Below are positions 1-11,645 of a stretch of DNA of 64,000 nt, in pieces. A program made the position numbers and the translations under genes. Below the pieces are notes generated by a model. That model was not told where the DNA came from, did no database searches, and saw only the letters and a list, made by a program, of their open reading frames with translations. The stretch comes from the human T2T-CHM13v2.0 reference genome, Homo sapiens. The stretch's first letter is position 1. Each line of letters starts with the position of its first letter. The DNA is taken from NCBI RefSeq assembly GCF_009914755.1, contig NC_060927.1, one strand, 5' to 3'.

Positions 1-804
1 AATCACTGCTGTATTACTTCGTATTTATCATAATCTTTTTAAATTTTTTTTTTACTTCTTTGCTGTCTACCACTAGGACCATGTGGTACAACTCCACAAA
101 GAATGCAAAGTGAATAGTGCTTCAATCAAAATTCTGAGAAGGCAGGGTCCCTGAACACTACTTCTTCTTTATGCCTAGCAGAATTCCTGTCACAAAGCTG
201 GTACTAAATTACACAATTGTTGAATAAATAAATAATTGTCACCCTCCACTCCATTTCCTTTTTTTAACCGTTAGACTCCTAGGAATAGTCAAGACCTAGA
301 TGAAAAGTCTCCTTTGCCAACTCCCAGGGCAGAGTCAGTTCCCATCTCTGTGACCCTGCTGGTCATCAGGACAGCACTAGCAGTATCAGGAATCCTCCTC
401 CCATAGAAAGGGCACCATTAACCAACGGAGTTGTGTTATCCAAAGGGCTGGATCTTTTCTGCACAAATTAATCAGTTAATGCATAGAAAGCATTCAACTA
501 GTGATTGTGTTATAAGAGATCTGCTCAATATTACTGTGTGTCTACCTTATGGGGACACATTGGTAAACAAAAACTGTCATGGACCGTGTCCTATCTGGGA
601 CTTATAATTCACTGTGGGAAATGGATAGTAACCACTCAAAGATGTTGGCCATCTTAGCATGTTATCAAATGCCAGTCTTCTCATTTCTGAGAAGGTCTTT
701 CATCCACCAAGTCTTTGTGTAGTTTTGCTTTTTGTGTGCTTCCTGATAATGCAAGGCATAATCTCAGCATGTAATTTACACAGCCTCCCTACTGCATGGA
801 GACT

Positions 805-1260
805 GACTCTCCCAAGGCAGATGCTGAGAGGAGGATTCTAGTGTAAATCGTTTATTTGGAAGGTCTCAGGAAATACCAAGAGGGGCATAGGCAAGTGAGA
901 TAGAAAAGGAACAAAGCAAATTTTAAAAATGTGTTATTAAGTCAGATATTGCCTTAGAAACCTGGAGCTTGACCTCACCGGGGAACTACAGGAAGACTGT
1001 GTGGACCACACTTCAGAGAGTGGTCCTGCTTGAGGGCCAGAGAAGCTAGAGGATTTTCTACTACCTTCCCTATCTGTTATTAGCTGAAGGCTGCTTCCAG
1101 AACCATCAGCTCTCTAGCACTTTAGATTTGCTAAGAGTGATTCCTTGTTTGGAAGGGGAGTGAGGTGAGGAAGAGAGAATTGCAGGTGTTTAAAATAAAC
1201 AGCCTTCCACAGGCTGCATGCCAAAGACATATTCTCTGAGAAGTTCAAGGAATATTGGCG
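805..1260 (-). mobile_element. Ancient ERVL solo LTR, LTR16-like
   Basis: Diverged match to the recalled LTR16 reverse complement (ctgagaggaggattctagtgtaaatcgtttatttggaagg...cacttcagagagtggtcc...tagctgaaggctgcttcc). Ends approximate. Confidence 0.65.
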
Positions 1261-3005
1261 GGGGGCAGTGGGGAGGGAAATAACAGACATTCAACCCCGA
1301 ATGGACAAGGGACAACACTTCTTAATGGCTCAAAGAGGCTAACCTTGGAGAAGTGAGGTATTCAGGTCCAGAAAGTTTCTGGTGAATCACAGAAAAACAA
1401 CTTTGTTTCCAAGAGGCCAAGTCAGTAGCTGGTAGCATGGAGAAAAAGCAAACTGAATGAAATGGAAATGACATTTCATTTGCCTTGCCATCCATTCTGC
1501 TGGCCACCTACAGTCCCTCCGAGGAAACACCCAGTGACCACTGGCTCAGACCTTTGCTCTTAGGCTAATGTTGCAACTTTATGGATATAGCCCCAAATAT
1601 TATTGGGGGTATGTGCTTGTAGATGTGTAATGTTTAGGGGAGGGACTTTGGGGACCCATTGAAAGTCTAGGACCCAACCCACTGATGTGCAGTTACTAAG
1701 CAGAGCTGAAGGATCGAAGTCAGCCAAGCTGTCCACTCATTTCAATGTGGCAATCTTCCCAGTTAAGGTCTATGGTGGCAAATCAAATATTCTATTACAT
1801 TATTTTTCAATTTCAGGCATTTCCCTGGCTGGACTCTTAAGTGGTATATTTTCCAAAGTTCTGAAACATTGTCCTGCTCACCATCTGCCTTGATGGGCTG
1901 ACATATTGGACACCGAGTCTGGGACCAAAACATGTGTGACCCAAGGACACCATTTTGTCACAGGCTTATAGTGCCTGAGGAATGATGGAAACATGGAGAT
2001 CTCAACCCAGCGGAACCAAACACCATGGATCCATACAAATGGCTTCTCTAGCGTTGCTGGTATTTATTCAGCATTTATTAGGTGAATGTAGGTTAGCTTT
2101 ACCTAAAAATTTTTACTGTCTCCTTTTCTCCAATGAGTACTATGACAATTTGGCCTTTCCCAATATAGTTATGCAACATCTGTCAGATATCAAAGGCAGC
2201 TACAGGCAGCATTTTAGTGCCAGTTTAACCTGATTAGGTGTGTTGTCAATGATTGGACCTTGAAACCTAAGCAGGTGGCTTGTGTTTTACTCTCTCTGCC
2301 TCCCCAGCTCTCCTGTGAATCATTGTCTAAATTTTTGGGACCCATATCTAAGAATAATTCGTATTCTTTAAAGGAAGGGAAGAGGAAGGAGCACAGCTGG
2401 AGCCAGAACTCTGCAGCTCTCTTAAGAGCTAGCCTGGATTCGCTGAAAAGGACTTGAGCCAGATATTCCATACCCATTAGCCGGTGTCATGAAAAGTGAT
2501 TAGCATTTAGTACAACCACAACAACCATTAAAATCAAACAAGCCCTTGATCCTAGCTCCCTGTAAACTCGCTCAATTCCAGCTCTTCTTGACACTGATGT
2601 CATTAATTAGTGACACAACTCATTTCCATGAGTTTCCCCACTCCCACTTCCTACAACCCCTTAATTTGATCCTAGGGGAAACCAAAGTAACTGAGAAAGG
2701 GGAGGGGCAAAAGGCGGAATGAAGATGTAACCTTAGCTAATAATCTTGGGGCATATGAGATGGAACTCTGAGGATGCTTAGTGCCATCTGGACCTGTGGA
2801 TTTTGTGATCTAGGTAGGCTCTTTCTGATGGATTGAGTTGAGGGAAGTGCTTGTGAGTTGGCTGCAACCAGGGACCAGTGCCATTTCTACTCTGGTGAAC
2901 GAGGCATAGTTATTCATCATTGAATCAAGGCATCTTAGAGTGAAAAAGCTGGAAAGCTCATCTGTTCCATTCTTTTTCTCAACACAGGAGCCACTTCTAC
3001 CACTC

Positions 3006-3307
3006 TGTCATGCTGGACCCCTATTGATTTCAATACAGATAGCACCATGTTCAAAAAGCTGAAGAAGAGACTCAGAGCCAGTGAAAGAGACAGGGTCTAT
3101 TGAGGGAACTTACATACAGAGCAGTCGTGTAGAGGCGAGTTGGGAAGGAGCCGCTACTGATTTGTAAAAACATGCAGTTTATATAGATCAGATGTGTCTG
3201 CATTCTCAGGGTATGCTTAATTATTGCTTTCAGGTGCGTCTGTCATAAGGGTCATTCTCAGGGTATGCTTAAGTTACGATATTGCTATCAGGTGCATCTG
3301 CCATCCA
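3006..3307 (-). mobile_element. 3' LTR (LTR47-like)
   Basis: Minus strand has tatataaactgcatg (TATA-like) and repeated tagcaat...aacttaagcataccctgagaatg units. Homologous to 7125-7415. Confidence 0.88.
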
Positions 3308-3364
3308 CTCCACCCTGCTGCACGCACGGTTGAATTGCCCTCACGTTCTTATCATGCCATTCTT

Positions 3365-3560
3365 CTATAATTTCCCAAGGGCCAGGTATGGGGAGGAGCA
3401 TTGCAGCCAGCTGCTGCAGCACCAATACAAACTACAACAGCAAAAATAGAAAACAATAATGAATATATCATAAAGCTCTTCTAAAGGCTTGGGAGTTGAT
3501 CTTAGATGCACTATGGTAGGCCCATGGTGGAGGAGAGGGGCAGCTCTCTGCAGATGCAAC
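3365..3560 (-). pseudogene. Possible env TM/cytoplasmic-tail remnant
   Basis: Hydrophobic run plus Cys cluster (IFIIVFYFCCCSLYWCCSSWLQC) ending ~55 nt before the polypurine tract. Confidence 0.4.
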
Positions 3561-4149
3561 AATCTGTTTAGTTCTGGAGAGAGGCCACCATCTGCTTCCA
3601 TTTGGCAAAGAGGTTTGTTGCCCATCATCTATGGGCAGAAGGTAAGAAAGAGCAAGTTATGGTCATTTAACAAGACACAGGAAGTTATGTTGTTCTGCAA
3701 GAGCTCCACCCCTGGTAGTGATCTGGTCCTGTTTACAATGCCAAATGGAATGGCCCCCTCTGTGACACATTGCAGGAGGGCCAAAATCAGACAATGGAGG
3801 TATTGTAAGGTTCGATAATGAGAGGATGATTGTCTCCTTGCACAAGGGAGGACCGGGATTTATTATTTGAGAATTTCAGCGGGGAGTAGGTTGTAAAATA
3901 GGTATGACCTGTATATCTTGTTCTAGGCCCTCCCTCCATGGAGTGGAAAAACTAAACTATCGGTGGCTGGTTTGCCATGTCCAGGGCCATGTAATGATGT
4001 GCTCCCCAGTGGGTAGGTGGTGTGGCAAGGGCAACAGCAGCTTGAGTCCCAGGTTGGGACAAAGGTGTACTGTCCCTGACACTGTCTACCTGGATCCTGA
4101 TGGTGGTATCAGGTCCCTGCATCAGAACAGTGTATGCCCTGGGGTGATG

Positions 4150-5755
4150 AGAATGCATGTGTTCATTCAAGGTGCAAAGGGCTGCTGGTAAGCTGCAAGT
4201 CCACAGAACCAGACAGCAAGTTATTGCTTCAACAGTCCATTCATCCACTCAATCAGCTCTGCTGCTGTAGGGTTGCATGGCAGGTGGGAATGCCAGTGGA
4301 TATCCAGGGTCTCCACCCATTGCTGCATTTCATGACTGGTAAAATGAGAGCCCTGGTCACTGCTGATATCAGTGGAGACACAGTAGACCACATACAGCTG
4401 CCCCAGTCCTCATATGGTGGCTTTCTGGGTGGCACAACTAATGGAACATGCCTGCAGTAGCCCTGCACAGGTGACTGTATAAGCCAAGGTATAGAGGCAG
4501 CCCTCAGACAGAAGCAAAGGTCCTATGTAGTCACCTGTCACTGTAGTGCTGGGCTTCTGCTCCAGGTGATCTGTTCAGCATCATGCAGCAAGGATCTGGG
4601 GTGTTCCTGCACTTCCCATTGCAGTGGCCACATCATGAGTCCCTTAGAGACCACCCAGCCATTGGTTCACAGGACTATCAGGTCCACTAATGGAGAAGAA
4701 TCATCCAGGTGGCTCGTGGTTCAGCCCATTGGCTACCATGTCCTTTGCCTGTATCAAACCAGATCCTATCAGTGGATGGCCAGATGGCCACAACTGTCCA
4801 AGCGCAAGGATTGCCTTGAGACAAGCTGTGTGCCAGGCCTGTACAAAGGAAGGAATCCGTGGAGGGTCAGTAGCCTCCGTCAAAAACTGTCCTTCAGTTG
4901 TCACATAGGTGACAGGGCCAAGCACAAAATGGGGCTCTGCTCAAGGGGCTATTAGTTAGTGCACTCCTCTGTGGCAGTCATGCATGCCATTTGGCCAGTC
5001 TGTGTCTGGGCATTCCCAGACTTTGGTTCCTGGAAGTTATCTCTTAGCCAACCTGCTAAGGAGTACTGAGCATGTACCATGACCCCCTTTGTAATGTCCT
5101 CCACTTGTTGTAACGCATATACAGCACAGAGTTGTTGCCTCCAAAGTGACATTTTTCTAACTCCAGCCCTCTTCCATAGTTGGGACCAGAACCTTAAAGT
5201 CACCTGTTTATGTTCTTTCCTTTGCCATAGGCCCCACTCAAATCCCTCAGGGGGACGGGCTACATCCAATTCACAAGGCTGTCCCTGCACTAGAACTCCC
5301 AAGGTTTTTATTTGTTTCACTGAGACTTTAGCTTGTTCAAAGGCCTCATCCTGATTTATGGACCAGTCCCATTGGGCCCCCTTCTTGACTAAGCAGTATG
5401 GGGGCTGAAGGAGTTGGGCCAAATGGGAACTAAAAGGATGCCCATACCCTAGAAGGCCTAAGAAGGAGGTTTGCAACGGCTTTGGTGTCCTGGGACATGA
5501 GTAGGCCTGCACCTTATCCATAACAGCAGCCGGAACAACTTTAGTCTTACCCGACAAGATGACACCCAATTATTTGATTGATAAGCCTGGACCCTGGACT
5601 TTGCCTGCATTGACCACCCATCCTCTGTTCACCAAGTGAGACAGCAAGGTGGGGGCTGCAGTTTGTAAACTGGAAAAAGACTCAGAAGTTAATGGAAAAC
5701 ATGTACCCACTCCACGGTGGTGTCCCTGGGGTAAGATGGTAAAGATCCATTGTTC
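4150..5755 (-). pseudogene. ERVL pol remnant (RT, connection/RNase H, integrase), disrupted
   Basis: Hand translation gives QWIFTILPQG (~5720-5752, RT motif B) and LTSESFSSLQ...GWVVNAGKVQGPG; the YxDD motif is deleted. ORF 4952..5569 has FLGLLGY...WDWS..QDEAFEQAK. SQWAEPRA is RNase H-like. Integrase core: DYIGPL and DISSDQGSHFTS...AELIEWMNGLLKQ. Confidence 0.9.
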
Positions 5756-5826
5756 TAATGCTTGATAGCAGAATCAGGATGACTATACTTAGCAACAATA
5801 TTTTGTATATTTCAAAGTGACTAGAG
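5751..5826 (+). mobile_element. ~75-bp L1MA-type 3'UTR fragment inside the ERV
   Basis: tgttctaatgcttgatagcagaatcaggatgactatacttagcaacaatattttgtatatttcaaagtgactaga matches the recalled L1MA 3' end and resembles 33575-33630. No poly(A) or TSD. Confidence 0.75.
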
Positions 5827-5829
5827 TTG

Positions 5830-6900
5830 TGCAACATTTGTCAGGGGTCACCCTGATGGGCCCCTGGGCTGTCTGCTTTCCTTTAGCTCCCTTGCCTTTC
5901 GTCCTGACAGCACGCCCTCCTTTGCCTATGCAGTTTCTGCATTTCCCCTAAGTCAGCAGCTCAAGACACTGGCTGTCCTACCAAGGAACTCAGGATACAT
6001 GCCAGTGTGCCATACCATTGGCTGGGTGCCAACCGTAAGATGATGCCTTTCCTGCTGGCAGTGAAAATCTCATGATCAGTACCTCAGTAATGCTTAACAC
6101 AGACAGCACGCTTCATCCCTTATTCCCGGAGGATGTCCTGCCATTCCTTCATAGTCTACCATTGCAAAGGAAACGTGAGGATGTCTTCTTCCTTGGCCAG
6201 GCTGCTTGGCAGCCGGCAACCACACAGTCAAGGAAGGAATTGGCCCAATCTTCATTATTGGTGCCATAGAGGCACTGCCTCAGGGCCAGGTGGTTTGGGA
6301 TGGATGCCATTTTACTTATCTCCAGTATTGACAGGATAACACCCTCCATTTCCATGTCCCACAGACGGAGAAGCCATCCCTCAGTCGACTCTCTCCCCTT
6401 CTGTCTGAACCTATTTCCCAGTTCCACCCATTCCACAGCAGTGTAGTCCCACACTGTGGTGTGCTGCCATCTTTCAGGTGGGAGCAAGTTTTGCAGGTCT
6501 GCTCCCTGTGGGGGCAACTGGCCTGCTTTTATCTTTGTAGTGACTACGAGACGGACAGAGAGGACAGAAACCTCTATAGGCTTGTCCCAGTCCTCAGTCT
6601 CCTCCATGGGGTCCCAGGACAATCTAGTCATGATAGCCCTAACTCGTTAACATCACTTCTGGCAATCCTTTAGATGAGCTACCTGACAAGCCAGGGTCTC
6701 CATTTTGTCACCCTCCATGTGGGATAGTAAGGTCTCTGAGATTTCAGCCTGAACTAATCTGGAACCTCTTTCTAGTCATAGTTCATCCTGTAACTGACAC
6801 ACCCTTGCTTGCGCTACAGGATTAGCTTCAGGGGCTGTCAAATCGCAGTCAGGAGCAGCCAGCCAACCATGGCTGCCACAGCTCCAGCATCTCACTTTTA
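5830..6900 (-). pseudogene. ERVL gag remnant
   Basis: ORF 6149..6631 has ELGNRFRQKGRESTEGWLLRLWD, resembling the ERVL/Fv1-type gag signature. It lies just 3' of the 5' LTR and is frameshifted. Confidence 0.75.
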
Positions 6901-7124
6901 CTCAGATAGATCAACGCCTGCACCAACTCTTCCAGGCCCTTCAGTGTTTTCAGGGCATCCCTGTGCTCACACACTGGATCCTGTCCATCAAGAGTAGTGG
7001 CTATCAGGTCCCACACAGGCATGGACAGCCAGCCTGAGATTTCTCCCTCATATTTCCCCCTTTCCCAGTCCCATTGTCTTGGTGCTCATGTAGCTTTCTC
7101 TGAACTCCTGGCTGGTGTGCAAAT

Positions 7125-7415
7125 TGTCATGCCAGGCCCCTATTGAAGTCATCTTACAGAGGCCAAAGAAGAGACCCAGAGCCAGTGAAAGAGACTAGGA
7201 TTTATTGAAGGAACTTACATACAGGTTGGTGCAGTGGCAGTGGGCTGGACAGGAGAACCATTACCATTTGTAAAAAGCATGCAGTTTATACAGATCAGGT
7301 GCGTCTGCATTCTCAGGGTATGCTTATGTTATTGCTATCAGGTGCATCTTCCATAAGGGTCACTGTCAGGGTATGCTTAAGTTACATTACTGCTATCAGG
7401 TGTGTCTGCCATACA
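7125..7415 (-). mobile_element. 5' LTR (LTR47-like)
   Basis: Minus strand starts tgtatggcagacacacctgatagc, ends ggcatgaca and contains aataaa. Homologous to 3006-3307. Confidence 0.88.
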
Positions 7416-7637
7416 TACTCCCATGATACATGGTTGACTGCTGCCTCTGCTTAAACTAAGGTTGGCAAGCTCAGCTATCTTCAGGGGCAAGGAAGGCCAG
7501 ATCAGTGAGTGAAATGGAGCTCAGTCTAAAACAACAGGGAGTAGTGAGGTCTGATAAGAACCAAAAAGCTAATGCCCCAGCTGTGCAGCTCCAGGCAATT
7601 GTTAAAATGCAGGATAAGGGCGGTGTGTAAGTGTGGG

Positions 7638-7682
7638 GTGTGTGTGTGTTTCTGTGTGTTTGTGTGTGCGAGAGAGAGAGAG
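7638..7682. repeat. (TG)n/(GA)n microsatellite
   Basis: Directly visible imperfect TG then GA runs. Confidence 0.85.
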
Positions 7683-10079
7683 CATGCACGAGAGCAAGAG
7701 CAGGAGTGCACAAGCAAGCATCTCAATTAAAAATTTTTTAAACATCAACGATTAAGAAAATACTGAATAGGCAAACAGTACCCATGCATATGTAAGTGAC
7801 AGTCCATAAGCTACCAGCTTGTAGCTCTGGCTTATGCAGATAACAGGGAGCATACCTCACAAACCACATATTGCATGGAACAGCTATTTTTATATATTCA
7901 TTTCTTTTTAACTGAATGGGTAAATAATACCCAACCATATGGTGTGTCCCATTCTTTCTTATTTAATACACTTTTATTTATCACCTACTATGCTCCAGGT
8001 CCCCTCCTCAACCAAGGGATACAAAAAAATCTGTTGGGATAACTTAGGGAATAAGACAAACTTTCTCATGGAAAGTTCATTTTACCTAATGAAGGATAAC
8101 TCTGCTGTCCTTATACCTAAATCTTCTCTTTCTAGATTAAACAGCTCTGTTGTCTCTAACCCTTCCTAAAGTGGCAGGTTTTCCTTTTCATTTTCAGTTT
8201 AATATCCTTCTTAAAATGTGGTAAAACAGGTACAAACTACTAGTCATGGAGCCCCTTTCTGAATGTGTTTCAGTTCATAAGTTTTGTTAAATAATTTGCT
8301 GAACATATGCAAATGTTTTGCTGTTCGGTATACCTACCACCCCTTTATGGTTTATCTGGGTTTTGGTGTGAACACATATCTTCATTTCTAAGAATCCTAG
8401 GATATAAAGTGCTCCACGGACATCTCTGCACCCAGCAACTACAATTTGTTTTCATATTCTTCGTAACTTAATGGCACACCGTACATGCATAGCCAAGCTT
8501 ATTTGCTCTTCCTGTGCATGCATTTCCAAAGGTCACGGATTTCATGCTGAAGTGCTACATGATATAAGCATTTCCAGGAGCACTTGAGGAAAATAACATT
8601 AATTGCCTGCAACTTTAATTGGTTTTATGACAGTAGCCAGGCCAGTGGCTGGGAAAAGACACCCCAGAACAGCTGTCAAATACACAACCTGGCAGAAAGG
8701 CATCAAATGCCACGAGCCCTTTCTGCACAGAACTGACATTTGAGAGGCCCACACAGGCCAAGTGATCAGAAAAATCTGCCTCCATGTAATGATTTTTCAA
8801 ATCCACTTAATTTAAAATGATTTCCGTGGAGCATGCAAAACATGCCACATTTCAGCTCTGGCTGGCAATAGCTGCACTTGGAGTACCAAATTCTAAAACT
8901 ACTAGTCATTAGGTGAGTGTTTAGGAATGTACACAATGATTATGCCGCAATTACATTATTTATTCAGCCTTTGCTAGGCGCGTATTTTTGTAATTAGAGA
9001 TTATTTAGGGAGGACCACATGGAAATCAACAATCTCGATCTGCCAAGAATAACAAGCTTTAGCAATCATATATGTATCCTCAAATGATTGTCCTGTTTCT
9101 CTCCATCAGTAATCAGGCGTGAGCTCTGTCCCTTATCCTAGTATTTTATCTCCTGTCTGTATGAGATAAAAAAGCACAAGCCTGTAAGGATTGCAAATAT
9201 TGATGGTCAGTTATCACTGCTCAGGATGTGTAGAGCTAAAAGAAAACCAGGTTGAGAATCGCGAGATCGGGGTCTATTCCTAAATTCTGCTGCTTAATAT
9301 TGACTGAGTGATTGAGCCATCAAAATGATCTGCAGGGAGATTTAAATGCATATATAGAAGCAAGTTGAAAAATATGAAGCACTATGCAAAAGTATTGTGA
9401 TACTATGATTATTGTAGCTCTGTTTCCTAGAAATCCCTACTATAAGATCTTAAATAGTTACAACCTGTCTTTCATCATGTTCTTTTTTCTTTTTTTTTTT
9501 TTAAACAAGAACTACAGGATCAGTTATCTAAAGCCACTTATACTTCTATTTCAATTTCTTCACTCTCTCCTATAGCTTGCTAACTACAGATCAATGGGCT
9601 AGATTGAGCATATGGAGATGTTTAAATTGACTTGCTATGTTTTGGTTTTGTTTTTTAGATTGCCTTGTTGTCCACATTTTATATTTGAGATATTTCATAC
9701 GGATATTTCCATTTGCAGTTTTCATATCAAAATCTAGATGTTGTACTTCTCTTGAAAAACAGGATGACCTGACAACATTGATTTGCATCCTCCACAGCTG
9801 CAATTGCTGGACCTGAGAGCAGCTTCCCAGAGGGTAAGTTCTTGTCACATCCCCAGGCTGTCCACCTGGCCTGCCTCACTCATTTATGTTTCTGGCTGAA
9901 CCCCATAGGCACTTAGATTTCAACTCTCACTCTTCCCAATTCTTTTGTTTCAGAGAGATAAGTCTCTAAAGTACCAAAAATGATGGAAGCTAGAATATTA
10001 AAAAGAAGCCAGAAGCCTCAATAACCAACATATTGTACATTAAGAAATAAGAAAAGAGATATCAAACAGTTACTGTGAG

Positions 10080-10720
10080 AAGCAGCAAAGTGGTTAAAAG
10101 TATAAGTAAAATAATAAAGCAGTATCAAATCATAGCCACAGTTCGTACTGGCTTAGGAGAATTACTTAAGCTTTCTGGGCCTCAGTTTCCTCTTCTGGAA
10201 TATGGGAATAACACTTGTTTTTAGAATTAATTTAAATAAGTTTTTTTTTTTTGAGACAGTCTTACTCTGTCACTCAGGCTGGAGTGCAATAGTGCCATCA
10301 TGGGTCACTGCAGTCTCAACCTCCTGGGCTCATGCGATCCTCCCAACTCAGCCTCCTGAATAGCTGAGACCACAGGCGTGCACCACTATGCTCAGCTAAT
10401 TTTTTATTTTTTATTTTTTTTGTAGAGATGAGGTCTCACTATGATGCTCAGGCTGGTCTAAACTCCTAGGCTCAAGCGATCCTCCCCATTCAACCTCCAA
10501 ACATGCTGGGATTACAGATGTGAGCCACTGCGCCTGACCTAGATAAGTATTTTTTAAGCACTCACAATGTATCATGAATTCTTCTAGGTACTGGTAATGC
10601 AGCAATAATCCAAACAAAGCCTGTAATCATGTGGTTTACATTAAATGAGAGAATCCATGTTAAGCACTTAGAACAAAGCCTGGTACATAATAAACACTCA
10701 ATACATATTAGCAATTATGT
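10080..10720 (+). mobile_element. MIR split by an AluJ
   Basis: MIR core ctgggcctcagtttcctcttctggaatatgggaata (~10175-10210) and 3' part aagcacttagaacaaagcctggtacataataaacactcaata (~10660-10705). Confidence 0.75.
10241..10539 (-). mobile_element. AluJ
   Basis: Poly(T), dimeric Alu, J-type ctcctgggctcaagcgatcctccc. Degenerate TSD taaataag/tagataag. Confidence 0.93.
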
Positions 10721-10844
10721 TATTCATAACATATTGTCTATTCAATAGTGATTACTTAAATTAGGAATGGTAAATCTGTTTAAGCTTGTGTTTTATTCCT
10801 GATAGTAGCTACCAGAAATACAAAGCTAAGAATGAGTCTGAGGT

Positions 10845-11645
10845 CATTTATGCAGCCAAAAAACACATGAAAAAATGCTCATCATCACTGGCCATCAGAG
10901 AAATGCAAATCAAAACCACAATGAGATACCATCTCACACCAGTTAGAATGGCGATCATTAAAAAGTCAGGAAACAACAGGTGCTGGAGAGGATGTGGAGA
11001 AATAGGAACACTTTTACACTGTTGGTGGGACTATAAACTAGTTCAACCATTGTGGAAGTCAGTGTGGCGATTCCTCAGGGATCTAGAACTAGAAACACCA
11101 TTTGACCCAGCCATCCCATTACTGGGTATATACCCAAAGGACTATAAATCATGCTGCTATAAAGACACATGCACACGTATGTTTGTTGTGGCACTATTCA
11201 CAATAGCAAAGACTTGGAACCAACCTAAATGTCTAACAACGATAGACTGGATTAAGAAAATGTGGCACATATACACCATGGAATACTATGCAGCCATAAA
11301 AAGTGATGAGTTCATGTCCTTTGTAGGGACATGGATGAAACTGGAAACCATCATTCTGAGAAAACTATCGCAAGGACAAAAACCAAACGCTGCATGTTCT
11401 CACTCATAGGTGGGAAGTGAACAATGAGAACACATGGACACAGGAAGGGGAACATCACACACCAGGGACTGTTGTGGCGTGGGGGGAGGGGGGAGGGAGA
11501 GCATTAGGAGATATATCTAATGCTAAAGGACGAGTTGGTGGGTGCAGCACACCAACATGGCACATGTATACATATATAACAAACCTGCACGTTGTGCACA
11601 TGTACCCTAAAACTTAAAGTATAACAATAATAACATTAAAAAAAA
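10845..11645 (+). mobile_element. 5'-truncated L1PA (L1PA4-like)
   Basis: ORF2 C-terminus ([16 protein letters not shown]), 3'UTR and A tail. Perfect 16-bp TSD aagaatgagtctgagg at 10828-10843 and 11646-11661. Confidence 0.97.

Larger units (their letters stand above)
3006..7415 (-). mobile_element. Decayed class III endogenous retrovirus with two LTRs (LTR47/ERVL47-like)
   Basis: Direct ~300-bp repeats at 3006-3307 and 7125-7415 with TG...CA ends. Flanks cactc (3001-3005) and tactc (7416-7420) form a 4/5-matching 5-bp TSD. Purine tract (minus gcagggtggag) abuts the 3' LTR. Internal gag and pol remnants. Confidence 0.92.

Noticed and set aside
8828-8848. p53/p63 element gagcatgcaaaacatgcc
   Set aside because: The CATG cores are 5 nt apart rather than 6, and the flanks mismatch.
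10786-11409. 207-aa ORF as a chimeric gene
   Set aside because: It is the L1 ORF2 C-terminus extended by chance into the flank from a TTG start.
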